A stretch of DNA of 64,000 bases, taken from contig NC_043001.1 in the NCBI RefSeq assembly GCF_006345805.1, positions 114,762,001-114,826,000 on the forward strand, written 5' to 3'. A model generated the notes under the pieces. It was not told the origin of the DNA, searched no databases, and was given only the letters and a program-made list of their open reading frames with translations. This DNA is from Octopus sinensis (Eukaryota). This document shows positions 26,154 to 40,984 of the stretch, one piece after another (the stretch's first letter is position 1; each line of letters begins with the position of its first letter). Position numbers and translations under genes: made by a program.

Positions 26154-27634
26154 GCCCAAAATTGGTTTTACAGTCATCACGTAGCACTTTAAATTTCTTT
26201 TAAAACATTTTATTACATTTAAATTTCCATCTTACGATTAAGTAAATTAGCATAGAAGAATTGCTTTATACTCTTTTTATAATTAAGATCTAAACTGTAA
26301 ATATATGAATGACAAACAGATAGTTGAAGAACTGTAAACCTACTTTTGGGCCACCTTTTATATATGTATATCTATATATATTTATTTATTTATGTTTGCG
26401 TGTATCAGTTTACATTTTTATATGTGTATGCAATATAAGTGGACGTTATCTTTTGAAAACCACCTATAGTCACATGAGACAATATGAGATCGAGCTTATT
26501 GTGAAATGAGTCTGCTGCATCACAGTCCATTTTATGAAAAGTAAAATAAATGAAAAGTAAAATAAATTGAGAGGTGGGGAGTACAATGCAAACAAATAAT
26601 GAAATAAACATGCAATGAAAAATCGTATAAAAATAGCACGTTAAAAACTATCTTTTACTGAATATTTAAATTTGTGAATTTATTTCTTTCAGTAATTTAT
26701 AGTAGTTGTTTGCAAATAACGAATAAAAACTGGAAATGAAAACATTAAAATAGAGAGTGAGAGGTTTTGCAAATGAAAACGGAAAATTTCACCGTTGCTA
26801 CGTCAATACCTGAAGTTAACATTGGAAAACTTTTTTACAGAAGTGAATCATATATACAAAGCAGTATATAAGGCCAGTTTTCGATAGTAAATGGAAAATC
26901 CTCACCAAACTGAAACCCTCTATTATCGGGTCAAATGAAGTTCAGTACATTCTCTTGAAAACTGTATATATTAAAAAAATAAGAACTTCCAACGAAACAT
27001 AAATTCCAGGAACAATATTTTTTCTGTATGTTCGGATTTCAAGAAATACATCGTCGCAATTTCGAAGTAGATCACCAGGCACTAAATATATCATTAACAT
27101 TTTGTTTACGTCTGCTTAACATCGAAACGATATAACATTAGATATCACTCCGGTCTGTTTCTTCTTGTCACCTTCTTTACCAGCATCTATTGTTTAAACG
27201 TTGTCTGCTCAAAAGACAGCGAGCGATATTTTAGTTCTCAGCTTGATAAATGGTGAAATAAATTATTTCGGCCGGAACAGCCTGGGCAATTGTATTTAAC
27301 AAAAATTTAGATTTTCTAAAATTATAACATGTGAGTGTGTGTGCGTGTGCTTGTGTGTGTGTGTGTGTGTCAATGTGTGTGTGTATGACTGTATGTATGA
27401 ATGTATGTTCGTGAATATATGTGCATTATGTTTTTGTGTTTGTTTCCACACCGCTTGACAACGGGTGTTGTTTTGTTTATGGCCCGTAAATTTACACTTT
27501 CTTAAAAGTTCCGTAACATATGCTCGAGCCATGAAACAAACAAGTATTAGCAACGAATGGTTCCAATATACCCTTCCGCGAGCGTATCCCAGTCTGGCTG
27601 CAGTCAAATAACTGAACCAAGCAAATGTATAGAT

Positions 27635-27668
<34 letters not shown>

Positions 27669-27687
27669 GTGTGGTGTGTGTGTGTGT

Positions 27688-28336
<649 letters not shown>

Positions 28337-28340
28337 GTGC

Positions 28341-28377
<37 letters not shown>

Positions 28378-28409
28378 CATAAATATACACACACACACAT
28401 AAACATGCG

Positions 28410-28458
<49 letters not shown>

Positions 28459-29055
28459 GCATACATATAGAACTGCCTTCGTCTTTTGTTTATTTTCGTA
28501 AACCTTCCCGTTATACATATGTATAGGTATATATATATGTATTGGTATATGTGTGTAAGTGTGAGTGTGTTTGTGTGTGTGTGTGTGTGTTTGTGTGTGT
28601 GTGTATATAAGAATGAGGTCCATTTTGAATATACATCAACTAATGTAATCATAATCTGATGGCAATATTATTCATATAAAACGAACATATAAACACATAA
28701 ACTATCGAAAATCTCAAGTAGCGTTATCTGAACAATAGAACTTCCGGGACATCCATAGAATTGTTTCTGGACCAGAGTTTCCTCCGTGCATAATAGAACG
28801 GACTGAATACAAGACGTTTACTCTCCATTGTCTTTGATTTCAAATCGACGTCACGATTGTACTTTTTCCTAGTCCGAATTTCTTTGTAAATATACATAGC
28901 ACACGCAGTGTTTGTTCCTGTTGCATAAATAACATATTTCTTCCCAAGTCTAGCTGTATATATTTATATATGAATATATATATACACACATATATACGTG
29001 CATACATACATACATATATATATATGTAGAATATAATGATAATAATTACATATAT

Positions 29056-29113
<58 letters not shown>

Positions 29114-29128
29114 ATATATATTTACGTA

Positions 29129-29520
29129 CGAGGTCTGATCAATAAGTATCCGGACTTTTGCCATCGTAATGAATCTAAAACACTGAGTGAAGCCGATTAG
29201 CACAGATTGGGCTTGAACTTTGTTGTGCATGCGCACTAACGTTTATCTGCTTAGCTCACTTCCGCTGTTTTCAGCAGTGCTTGGAAGGAACGGGTAGTGT
29301 AGCGTGTGTTCTTCGCATTGACCATGACAGAGAAAGTTGTCATGGCAATACTTGCGAGAGGCCTACGCAAGGTTTCAGAAGGTGTATGGAAAGGAGTGTA
29401 TGATCTGCAAACAAGTGTACCAGTGGTTCAGATTTTTCTAATATGGCTGGAATAATATCGAAATTGACGACCGTTCTGGAAGACCCGCATCCAGCAGAAT
29501 TGAGAGCACAGATTGAGCGT
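29129..29520 (+). mobile_element. Mariner-type transposon 5' fragment (left TIR plus transposase N-terminus)
   Basis: TA followed by CGAGGTCTGATCAATAAGTATCCGGAC. Peptide CEAYARFQKVYGKECMICKQVYQWFRFF*YGWNNIEIDDRSGRPA matches the mariner HTH and RSGRP motif. Confidence 0.8.
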
Positions 29521-30099
29521 TAACTTCATATCGTCCATTATTGTACTGAATGGCTTGATAGGAATCGCTTTACGTTTTTTATAATCATAGTTCTTTTATT
29601 CAGATTTTTAAGGTCTCATAAGTATAGACTCGTAGGTACCTCTTTTCATCTTCCAAGGATGGTAGAATAATATTATGCTCGTTGAAAGTATCGGCTAACT
29701 TATTATAACATATGTACCTTATTACTTATATGCTTTTATGCGAGTAAGTGATAACCTGCCTGCTGGTATCACGGTTTTATTAGTCCGTGTGTATGCATGT
29801 GGGTGACAACAGGTACATGTGTCTATGTTTATATTCCTATCATCCAGAATGTCTAATTAAAATGTGTAATAACGCAAAGAAATAAGCAGAAAATTACAAA
29901 TGGCGTTAATTATGAAAATATAAACGCATAAAATGAGTGATCTACCAAATGTTGTAAGCAATAAATTCTAAATTCTGGATAAACTGAAGTACATCTCTTA
30001 TACGTTTGTCTTTTATATGTTTATGTTTTATCTCTGATACGTTTACCTTCTATCGTTTCTTGTCTTGAATGATTTTACTCGACCACATTACCACAATAC

Positions 30100-30400
30100 C
30101 TATATTGTAAGTCTAATACTTATTTCCTCGGTGTCTTTTGTCGGTAGCGCTAGATAATAGGGACGCAAGCAAATCAGCACCGGTTATCAAGCAGTGGAGG
30201 ACAACAAACAGAAAGACACGCGTTGATACTTACATACACACATAAAACAGGCTTCCATGCAGTTTCCATCAACCGTGTCCTGTATTGATCACTCCGGTAT
30301 TGATCACCCCGTGATGTAGGACACTTGTCCAGGGTGACAAACGATATGGCTGAACTCGAAACTTCATAGATACTAAACGAGCCTCTTAACCACAGAGCTT
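30100..30400 (-). mobile_element. Old SINE family C copy
   Basis: Collinear with 47700-48030 (CAGCACCGGTTATCAAGC, CAGGCTTCCATGCAGTTTCC, GACACTTGTCCA). Confidence 0.55.
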
Positions 30401-30863
30401 GAAGATGAAAGGAAACAAAATGTCACCGGTATTGTTACCGAATTTGAGAGATAAATTCAAGAAAAAGATAATTTCAAGAAATTAATAATTAATTTCTGGA
30501 AATGTGATATCTGGTCGCTACAGAGATAGCTATGAGCATTTTGAGCGGCTTAGTATAGTGTACTGAAACACACCTTTGATCAGATGACAGAAGGTTTTAC
30601 TAAAAGAAAAAAAAAAGTTAGAAGTCATTCGTGGGGAACTATCAGAATTGTTAACGGTGCTGGTTCCGACTCTGCGCTGCTAGTTTAAATTCTTCTATGA
30701 AAGTTGGCTTTCTATGAAAGTTCGTGCTTTCTAATTCACAGTGTTGGTTTGACGAATTCGTTAAAGGATCGAACAACATGTTTAATGGTGTTTATTTCAG
30801 CTAATTGAATTCTGACAGTAACAGCGTTGCCAAGCTGTATCGACTGATATCGGTGACCTTTAC

Positions 30864-30970
30864 CTTGGATAACAGGCAACTGTTAGTCTTCCTAAAATAA
30901 ATTCTTGACACATCTGCATATAAATGCACAGATAAATTATCAACTTTGACCAAAGGAGCATTATTCGCAA
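30864..30970 (-). CDS. Candidate 107-nt exon, possibly encoding a signal-peptide-like N-terminus
   Basis: Acceptor TTTTCCCCTCCTTTTACCTTTCAG and donor AAG|GTAAAG. One frame reads LRIMLLWSKLIIYLCIYMQMCQEFILGRLTVACYP. No homology recognised. Confidence 0.4.
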
Positions 30971-31388
30971 CTGAAAGGTAAAAGGAGGGGAAAATAGCCT
31001 GAAACACCACGTAGGCAGGAGACAGAACAGCACCACACTGATACGGTTCAATATCATCAGCTTTCCTCTCACAAATTCGTTCCCTGTTTCTCTGATTTTT
31101 CTCTCAACTGTAGAGAGAACGTTCACTTAAGTGCGTTTTTTAACATACATCATTCACTGCACCACACTTACATTATTTATATTATTTCATACCGTTGGGT
31201 CATATAGTTTATTACTCTTAGCTCGTTTTACTCATAAGAAGGCAGGCATTGATTTTTGTAGGGGTTACTTTACATTTGTTGTTAAGAAGCCAGTGAATTA
31301 AGTAGGATTGTGATTTAAAAGTACTTATGCAGTATTAGCTGGAGACGGGTGAAAGGGTGTGAGTGTTTTGTTGAGATAAGGAAGGAAG

Positions 31389-31772
31389 TGGAAGCACTCC
31401 GTCGGTTACGACGACGAGGGTTCCGTTTGATCCGATCAACGGAACAGCCTGCTCGTGAAATTAACGTGCAAGTGGCTGAGCACTCCACAGACACATGTAC
31501 CCTTAACGTAGTTCTCGGGGATATTCAGCGTGACACAGAGAGTGACAAGGCCGGCCCTTTGAAATACAGGTACAACAGAAACAGGAAGTAAGAGTGAGAG
31601 AAAGTTGTGGTGAAAGAGTACAGCGAGGATCACCACCATCCCCTGCCGGAGCCTCGTGGAGCTTTAGGTGTTTTCGCTCAATAAACACTCACAACGCCCG
31701 GTCTGGGAATCGAAACCGCGATCCTATGACCGCGAGTCCGCTGCCCTAACCACTGGGCCATTGCGCCTCCAC
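31389..31772 (-). mobile_element. tRNA(Arg-like)-derived SINE, family B, full length
   Basis: Head GGAGGCGCAATGGCCCAGTGGTTAGG...GGTTTCGATTCC. TSD AAGGAAGGAAG at 31378-31388 and 31773-31783. Closely matches 37362-37752 and 57101-57487. Confidence 0.93.
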
Positions 31773-32409
31773 AAGGAAGGAAGACTGAATATACGATGAA
31801 AAGAAAATGGGAGAGAGCGCTTCTATTTTGGTACTGAGTTCGGAAATCTACAGGTACTGGGAGCTTCAATATGTTTACGCGATCTGCAAGAATTTGGAGA
31901 CAGAACCTCTTCAAATATTTCCGTATTGTCTGGATACAACAGGATAAAGTATATTGAGAAATATGCACGAGACGCTGCAATAGTTTAGTACACATATATT
32001 ACAAACGTTATCAAACTATAAAACAAATTAGGAAGGTTGGCGTGCATTGAAAAAAGAAGTATTTAATATACGAACACAAGAAAAGAAACCGTGTCAATGT
32101 AAACGCATGAGTGGTCGACAGCCATAAACACAAGGTGAATCAAGACTGGGGACATTATATGGTCGATCGATTAAAAAGAAATAACACCGAATTCTCTCTC
32201 ATATAGGATCTAGCATTTTCTTCATTATGTTTGCCCTTAGGTGAATCATCATGAAAGCATGGCACATTAGTCATTAAATTTCAATAAGTGATCAGTTCAC
32301 TTAAATTAACAGGAAAATTAACAGGAACTGTCAGATCAGGGATTAAATAATTCACCGTACATTTCTTTCCAGGATTATACATACATACATACATAATAAT
32401 ATATATATA

Positions 32410-32452
<43 letters not shown>

Positions 32453-32527
32453 ACATATATATATTACACATACATATATATATATATACATACTATACAC
32501 ATACATATATATATATAAATAAATATA

Positions 32528-32591
<64 letters not shown>

Positions 32592-32670
32592 TAATAATAT
32601 TAGGGAGTATAGCCAAACTTACAGGGAAAAATTAGATTTAGGATTAAATCCAATTTCACAGTATGAATAT

Positions 32671-32851
32671 AAATTAAATTAGAGGTAAAACCACTATTAG
32701 GCAACTCAAACAATGATAGACATAAACGAACACAAAAAACAAATATAATTAATATAATATATATTTTATATACATATTATATATTATGTTAATTATATTT
32801 GTTTTTTATTGTTTGAGTTGCCTAATAGTGGTTTTATCTCTAATTTAATTT
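32671..32851. repeat. Inverted repeat around an AT-rich core, with a 19-nt indel in one arm
   Basis: AAATTAAATTAGAGGTAAAACCACTATTAGGCAACTCAAACAAT versus ATTGTTTGAGTTGCCTAATAGTGGTTTTATCTCTAATTTAATTT. Confidence 0.88.
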
Positions 32852-32860
32852 ATTTATATA

Positions 32861-33257
32861 CTAGCAGTATCGCCCGTCGTTGCTCGGGTTTGTAAGGGAA
32901 ATAACTATATTAGCATTTTTAGTGATGTAAAGTATAATAGCCATTTCAATATAGCTAACAACAAAGGGGGGTGTTACTGTAGCTTTTTACGTTCTGAGAT
33001 TTAATAATACATTTTTAGAGAGTTACTTCCCTTATATATGCCAAAAATGCATTAAAAATGGGAAAAATTGATGGTAATTTTTTTTTTAAATCGTAGACTC
33101 ATCGTAGACGCGCGCGCTAATACCCAGAAGGGCTCGATATGAATCACGACTATAAGATACCCGGTTTTGGTTAAAATGCACCGCAAAATGTGGGAGTAGT
33201 TAGGAATCTAAATCGTAGGAGACAGACAGCACACAACCTCTCTTTTATATATAAAGA
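32861..33257 (-). mobile_element. Non-autonomous Helitron (about 397 bp)
   Basis: On the minus strand the element starts 5'-TC after A and ends CTAG before T. A subterminal hairpin CCCGAGCAACGACGGG (32873-32888) lies 8 nt from the CTAG. No TSD. Confidence 0.85.
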
Positions 33258-34379
33258 TATAAGTTTTGAGTTCAACAGCTGGCAGCCTCGATATATTTTT
33301 TCTTAATAACATAACGTCCAGACTTCGACTGGATTAGATTTAATCAACAGCTCACATCTACGACAAATTCATAATCTTCCGTCTACAGAAACATTGAATA
33401 CTTTACAATAGCAAATTATATAATTATATTGGCAAGAAAAAAAATCAAGCAAAAATGCGAAATCACTATCGAATAAGCAACAAAAGAAAGCAAGAATGTC
33501 AACGAAAGCCAGAACGAAAGCAAACAAATAAAGATCAACACAAGCAACATAATCAAACTTGCTTAAAATTAATGAAGGAGTATGTAAAATTTCTAAAGCG
33601 GCGAAAACAATAAGATATAATGGCAGCATATTCAACAAAAGTTTTCCTTTATTTCATCCGCTCACAGTTTCCATTTTCTTTTTTCTTTTCTTCTCAGATA
33701 TTTTTCTTTTTCTATATACGACAATGGAGACCAGGGTAACAACTCCAACATAACAAAAACAGAAGAAGTCTGTTCCTATTTAGAAAGAGGCTATAATTCT
33801 TTGTCGTTTATTTATTTTGTTTGTTTTCCTTTCGTTAATGTTTTGTGGTTTCCTTCTTTTTTTTTCTTTTTTTGTCTTGCTTTTACTCAAATATTCGACA
33901 ATAGTTTTTATTTGGGAATGAAAAGACTACCGTAATTAACTTGTTCATTATCTTCAAATCTAATGAACGCATAACAAATAGAAAATGATGGGAGACAAAG
34001 GAAGAGGAAAGATGGAGAGAGAATGAGACTAAAAGAAAATAAGAGTTAGTGAGAGAGAGCGAGAGGAATGAGAAACGGGCCAGAATGAACTAACCCATAT
34101 TATACAAACACGTATGGATAGACAATTGCTGAAATACACATACAAACCATTCTGTTTTTTAAAGAATGTATTAGTAATAAATTTAAATAAACAAAGAAAA
34201 CAATGAAAGACAACAGATTATTATTGTTATTATCATAATTATAATTATAACACGTTTTCATTTTCCTCTTTCCTGGAGAATCAATAACGGCTGTCTGTTA
34301 ATGAAGAGGCTGATGAGGAGGGGGGAAGAAGAGGAGAAATCGGAGAGAGTTACCATAATTGAAATACTCAGATTTAGAG

Positions 34380-35037
34380 TGATGGTGATGATGATGACAA
34401 TGATGGTGGTGGTGGTGGTGGTGGTGGTGGTTATGGATGTGGTATCAGATGGTCTTGGCGGTAATGGTATTGTTGGTGGAGTTCCTGATGCTGGTGTCGG
34501 TGTTGCTTCTTCTTTTTCCTCTTCTTCTTCTTCTTCTTCTTCTTCTTCTTCTTCTTCTTCTCTTCTTCTTCTTCTTCTTCTTCTTTCTTCTTCTTCTTCT
34601 CTTCTTCTTCTCTTCCTTTCCTTCTCCTTCTTCTTCTTCTCCTTCGCCTCCTCTTCCTCCTCTCCTTCTTCTCTTGCCCTGCTGCTGATGACGATGATGA
34701 TGGTGGGGATGGTGGTCTTGGTGGTGGTGGTGGTGGTGTCGTGGTTATGGTGTTGGGTGTAGTCTATGTTGTGAGCATGACGATGATGCTCGCACTGGTG
34801 AAGACGATGGTGAGAATGACCATATAATGATGAAGATGATGGCAATTATTATTATCATTATTATAATTATTATCATCATTATTATTGTTATTATTATTGT
34901 TGTTGTTGTTGTTGTTGTTGCTATTATCATTATTTCGATGGTCTTGTACACGCGCTGATGATGATGCTCCTAGTGATCATGAAAATAACCATGATGGTAA
35001 TTATGATGATAATGATATTAATGATACAAAAATATGC

Positions 35038-35102
<65 letters not shown>

Positions 35103-35860
35103 TCGACGACGCCTACAACGTCGATGATGACGTCAATGGCGTACCATTATTGTTATGGCGCTTCATACAGCCGATTGATAGCTAGGGTTACTAAACTCGA
35201 TTTTGAATATAATGTGTGCAGTGGTAGCGACGATGGCGCCATTGGTGGTGGTGGTGGTGGTGGTGGGGTGGTGTGGTGGTGGTGTGGTTATGGATGTGGT
35301 ATCAGATGTCTTGGCGGTAATGGTATTGTTGGTGGAGTTCCTGATGCTGGTGTCGGTGTTGCTTCTTCTTTTTCCTCTTCTTCTTCTTCTTCTTCTTCTT
35401 CTTCTTCTTCTTCTTCTTCTTCTTCTTCTTCTTCTTCTTCTTCTTCTTCTTCTCCTTCTTCTTCTTCTCCTTCGCCTCCTCTTCCTCCTCCTCCTTCTTC
35501 TCCTGCTGCTGCTGATGACGATGATGATGGTGGGGATGGTGGTCTTGGTGGTGGTGGTGGTGGTCGTGGTTATGGTGTTGGGTGTAGTCTATGTTGTGAG
35601 CATGACGATGATGCTCGCACTGGTGAAGACGATGGTGAGAATGACCATATAATGATGAAGATGATGGCAATTATTATTATCATTATTATAATTATTATCA
35701 TCATTATTATTGTTATTATTATTGTTGTTGTTGTTGTTGTTGTTGCTATTATCATTATTTCGATGGTCTTGTACACGCGCTGATGATGATGCTCCTAGTG
35801 ATCATGAAAATAACCATGATGGTAATTATGATGATAATGATATTAATGATACAAAAATAT

Positions 35861-35912
<52 letters not shown>

Positions 35913-36447
35913 TCGACGACGCCTACAACGTCGATGATGACGTCAATGGCGTACCATTATTGTTATGGCGCTTCATACAGCCGATTGATAGCTAGGGTTA
36001 CTAAACTCGATTTTGAATATAATGTGTGCAGTGGTAGCGACGATGGCGCCATTGGTGGTGGTGGTGGTGGTGGTGGTGGTGGCAGCAGTGGCGATGGAGT
36101 TAGCGGTGGTGGTGTTGGGGGATGGTGCCTGTGATAATGGTGATTACGGCAAAGAGTTGTTATGAAGTAGGTGTCAATAGGGGAAGCATTCTGCTGTCTG
36201 TGAATAGTGTGGTGTTTAATGATACAACAACTTGATGTTCCTGATTCTGAAATTCTATGATTTCATTGTTTCTCTCCTGACGGATAATGGTAAGGAGGAT
36301 AAGCACAACGACTACGATGAAGCTGATGGGAGTCACGGCTACCACCGCTGCTGCTTCTGCTGCTACTGCCTCGTTGTCAATGTTGATTTTGGAAATTATG
36401 ATGTTCATCATCATCATCATCACCATGTGGAAGACAAGAGAGGGAGG

Positions 36448-36481
<34 letters not shown>

Positions 36482-36960
36482 TGTACACTACACACAAGAT
36501 GACCATGAGGAAGATGACACTGACGCTTGACGATGATAACGATGAAGATAATGATGATGGTGACGACGGTGACGATGATGATGATGAGGAGGAGGAGATG
36601 GAGGAGGAGGGGGATGGTGGTGATGACGACAACGACGACGACGATGATGAATGATGATGATGATGAGGAGGAGGAGGAGGAGGAGGAGGATGGTGGTGAT
36701 GACGACGACGACGGTGACGACGATGATGATGATGATGATGATGAGGAGGAGGAGGAGGAGGAGGAGGATGGTGGTGATGACGACGACGACGATGATGATG
36801 ATGATGATGATGATTGTTGATGATGATGATGATGATGATGAGGAGGAGGAGGATGGTGGTGATGACGACGACGACGACGATGATGATGATGATGATGATG
36901 ATGACGGTGACAACGATGATGCAACGACGACAACACTCACGACGATCACGGTAGTAGCGG
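34380..36960. repeat. 2.6-kb mosaic of trinucleotide repeats containing an about 820-bp tandem duplication (about 34405-35245 and 35245-36080)
   Basis: Unique linkers such as GGTCTTGTACACGCGCTG and CATACAGCCGATTGATAGCTAGGG recur about 810-825 bp apart; repeat lengths differ between the copies. Confidence 0.92.
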
Positions 36961-37361
36961 TAATCGTTATGGTTGCCTTGCAAGAATTACCCCCCCCCCT
37001 ATCACATCAAATTCTGATTGTGTATTTTTATTCTCCTCTATTATCATCATTATTGTTGATTTTGTCCTCTTACTTGACGAAAATTCCTCCCTTCACTCTG
37101 TTTCTACTCCGTCCTTGTACCAGAACTATGCCTTGGGTCCTTACGGCCAATAAAACATATAATTATCAATATGGTTGTTTCGAGAGTTCTCTATATATTT
37201 GTGCGCTGTGTTTGTATCGTCGAGCATACCATTATACACCTTCGGTACGTGCATTGATTCGTTTTTGCTTTCAATTTGATTTTATACTCAACATGTTTAC
37301 GGTAATTTTAGCATTTGTATAACTCCTGCAGTACAGTCAGTCGTTTCTTACAAGCATGTGA

Positions 37362-37752
37362 GGAGGCGCAATGGCAAAGTGGTTAGGGCAGCGGACTCGC
37401 GGTCATAGGATCGCGGTTTCGATTCCAAGACCGGACGTTGTGAGTGTTTATTGAGCGAAAACACCTAAAAGCTCCACGAGGCTCCGGCAGGGGATGGTGG
37501 TGATCCCTGCTGTACTCTTTCACCACAACTTTCTCTCACTCTTACTTCCTGTTTCTGTTGTACCTGTATTTCAAAGGGCCGGCCTTGTCACTCTCTGTGT
37601 CACGCTAAATATCCCCGAGAACTACGTTAAGGGTACACATGTCTGTGGAGTGCTCAGCCACTTACACGTTAATTTCACGAGCAGGCTTTTCTGTTGATTC
37701 GGATCAACCGGAACCCTCGTCGTCGTAACCAACGGAGTGCTTCTTCTTCTTC
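37362..37752 (+). mobile_element. SINE family B, full length
   Basis: Same head and body as 31389-31772, (CTT)n tail, and a degenerate TSD ACAAGCATGTGA / ACAAGAATATGA. Confidence 0.92.
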
Positions 37753-39584
37753 ACAAGAATATGAGGCTTGATAACACGAACCATACCTCCAGTAATTATT
37801 TTAGGTAACAATGATCACCCACGACAATTAGAAGTGAAAAGTGAAAGACGCCATATCCTCTCGGCCTCCTTATTCTTTACTCAGGCGTATTTAATTATTC
37901 TAATTACTCCCCACATCCAGAAAAAGTAAAGTTGTTTCGTCTTCATTCCAGTCGAATATATTGGATGAACGTGAGAGAAAATGTCTCGGCCAAGGATAAC
38001 GCACCACCAGCTCCGGAATTTGAACGCACGATCGTATGACATGAAAAGAGCACTAGGTCACGTGTCTCCATTTGTCTCCGACTAGTTTCAGACTTCGTAT
38101 GTATGTGGACCGCCATGTCACAGTATATCTATAAAACTTTTCCAGGTGAATATTCCTTCAGTTGCTGGTCATATAAGAGTATTTTCCCCGTCGTTTTAGT
38201 TTGTCATCCTGTTGGCCTTATTTGCTGTTTAGTCTTTTTTTTTAACTATTTCATAATTCCCTACTTTCTACATGTATCTGTCATTTTCTATCTCTGAAAG
38301 CAAAAAGCGGTATTTTTTATATTTCGTTGAGTGTTTTATAGCCATTTATATAAATTTTCCCTTTGTATTTTACTAGGTATTTTTATAGTCCTACAAAGAA
38401 TATTTTTTTAATCTTTTATTTGCATGAAGCCGCTATACGAAGTTAATATTATTTTTTCCATGTCAAACTTTGGATGATATATTCTAAATGCAGTAAATAA
38501 ATTTCCTGTTCTTTTCGCCTAGCTAAACTTACTAATTTATTTACTGTCAAGCTGAGAACGTCATAACTATAGCATACATTTGGAAACTTTAGATATTAAA
38601 GGCTATCGCCTTATCGTTTGCATTTACCTCCGTTCTAAGTATTAATTCAATGTATTTATAATGTTCAATCCTAAAATTTTCTGTCAATTTTCTGTAATGT
38701 ACCCAGTTATATCATTTAATGATTTAGTCCAAGGATGAATGAATAAACTCATCATTTCTTTCAGTTCGTTTGAGACAGGAAGGTACAAATTACCATCCGT
38801 TTCGACATCTGATCCAGATGATTACCATAATGTGTTTTCGTTGCAGAGACCCGCGTATCAGACGGTAGTAGTATTAGGTATCTCGACGTTTTCCTTCTGC
38901 ATTAAGAACATTTAGCTGCATATAGTTTATTTAATACGGTGAAATTAAAATAATTTTAAATCAACTGAAATTTAAGTCATAATGAAGAGTATCATCATTA
39001 GCATATACTAATTTATGTGTATGAGCGTGTGTACATGTGTTTGCATTTGTACGTATATATTATCACTACTGTACTGTCGACAAATTTTCTTGATTGGAGG
39101 TATCAGTAAAGGGAAAATGTGAAAAGGAATTCCTATGGACAACTTCAGAAAGTCACTATGGTATTCTCAAAGAGAAGAAGTCGATAGAGCAAAGTCAGAT
39201 GATTCATCTTTAGCGGAACAAATACGGATCTAGTACACAAATAACCCCTCATAACATTTTTATTTTTCGGAGCTTTCAGAAAATTTTTGCGAATTAGTAT
39301 CCTACACGCGGGACTTCATACGATTATGCCAAAACAAAAAATGTTGTGGTGTAGTGTGATTTAAGACCTAAGCTTATTCGCTTGCTATTTTTAGCTCATA
39401 TGACAACTATCTCAATGACTGCGCGACAAAAATATTCGATCGATAAACAAGTCTGCTTTTTTAATACAAAGTGATGTGTCATGCGAACAGTCAAATCGAT
39501 AAAAGTGCATCTTTATTCTAGGAATGGCTAGATATAAGTAAATGCAGACTCAATTTCTAAAAAGTCTTTGTCATCCACAAAATG

Positions 39585-39700
39585 TTCACATCGCCCACCA
39601 AAATCTCAAATCGCTCACCATTTTCTAGAAATTCGCCCATCACCCGCCTGTAAGTTGAAATCACACACCGGTGGGTGATATCGCCCACTTTGGGAAGCTA
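39585..39700. mobile_element. Possible hAT-like transposon terminal remnant
   Basis: Repeated ATCGCCCA subterminal motifs ending GGTGGGTGATATCGCCCACTTTGGGAAGC. Resemblance from memory only; no partner end found. Confidence 0.3.
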
Positions 39701-39939
39701 TATATGAAGATATGAATAGTCGCATTCACATATATACAGGCCAGTTTCATATTTGTTCACTTCAAAAATAGTAACTGCAGAGCATATACGCTACATAGTA
39801 TCAAAACGTAGTAAAGTGTGCCCAGGTGTGAAACCTAATATACAGTTCATTGTGGACCATTTGTAAGCAGTGAATTTCTGCGGTATAAAATTACAAAATT
39901 TGCGAGAGGAAGATTCTGAAGCTCAAAAATGATTTCAAA

Positions 39940-40140
39940 TTTTGGTACTAGACCAGAAGCTTCCGGAGAGGGGTTAAGTAGATTACATCGACCTTTGTGT
40001 TCTACTGGTACTTATTTTATAGATATCGAAATGGTGAAAAGCAAAGTCGACCCCGGCGATATTTCAACTCAGAACATGTAGACGGTCGAAATGTCGCTGA
40101 ACATTTTGCCCGGTGTACTTACGATTCTGCCATTTCGAAG
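39940..40140 (-). mobile_element. Degenerate SINE family A copy, head-to-head with 40175-40571
   Basis: Reverse complement of GGCAGAATCGTAAG, GAGTTGAAAT, GACTTTGCTTTTC and AAGTACCAG. Confidence 0.7.
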
Positions 40141-40174
40141 CTTTAATATTACTTTAATAATATCTATCTACATT

Positions 40175-40571
40175 AAGGCGGTGAGCTGGCAGAGTTGTTA
40201 GCACACCGGGCGAAGTGCTTAGCGGTATTTCGTCTGTGATTACGTTCTGAGTTCAAATTCCACCGAGGTCAACTTTGCCTTTGATCCTTTCGGGGTCGAT
40301 AAATTAAGTACCAGTTACGAACTGGAGTCGATGTAATCGACTTAATACCTATGTCTGTCCTTGTTTGTTCCCTCTGTGTTTAGCCCCTTGTGGGTAATAA
40401 AGAAATAGGTATTTCGCCTGTATTTACGTTCTGAGTTCTAATTCCACCGAGGTCAACTTTGCCTTTGATCCTTTCGGGGTCGATAAATTAAGAGCCAGTT
40501 GCGTACTGGGTTCGATCTAATCAACTGGCCCCTCCCCCAAAGTTTCGGGCCTTGTACCTAGAGTAGAATAG
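40175..40571 (+). mobile_element. SINE family A dimer with TSD
   Basis: A full unit plus a head-less second unit; AATATCTATCTA flanks it at 40159-40170 and 40572-40583. Confidence 0.88.
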
Positions 40572-40984
40572 AATATCTATCTATATGTATTACAAGCATA
40601 TTTATGATATGGCTCAGCGGTTCATCGTTAAACTGCTAACATCAGTAATTACTTTTCCCAAGTATGTAAATATTTGAATGTGAAGATATTTTATTTATCT
40701 TCCACAAAAGAATTTTCATGTAGAAATCAGGTCTTTATGATATGATGAAGATGCCAGTAATTATATGTATGTTTAAATCAGTACGTATGTGTGTCTGTGT
40801 CCAAGTGTATGAATGTGTATATGTACATACAGAGATCTGCAAACACACCCGCTCATATATATGTATATATAATTATCATTATATGCCCAAACAGTCTCAA
40901 CAACATATAAGCTCCACATATGGGCGAAATCAAACAAACGCATTTTCGCAACTGTTACTCAGAAGTGAAACAAGCACACTCTCA

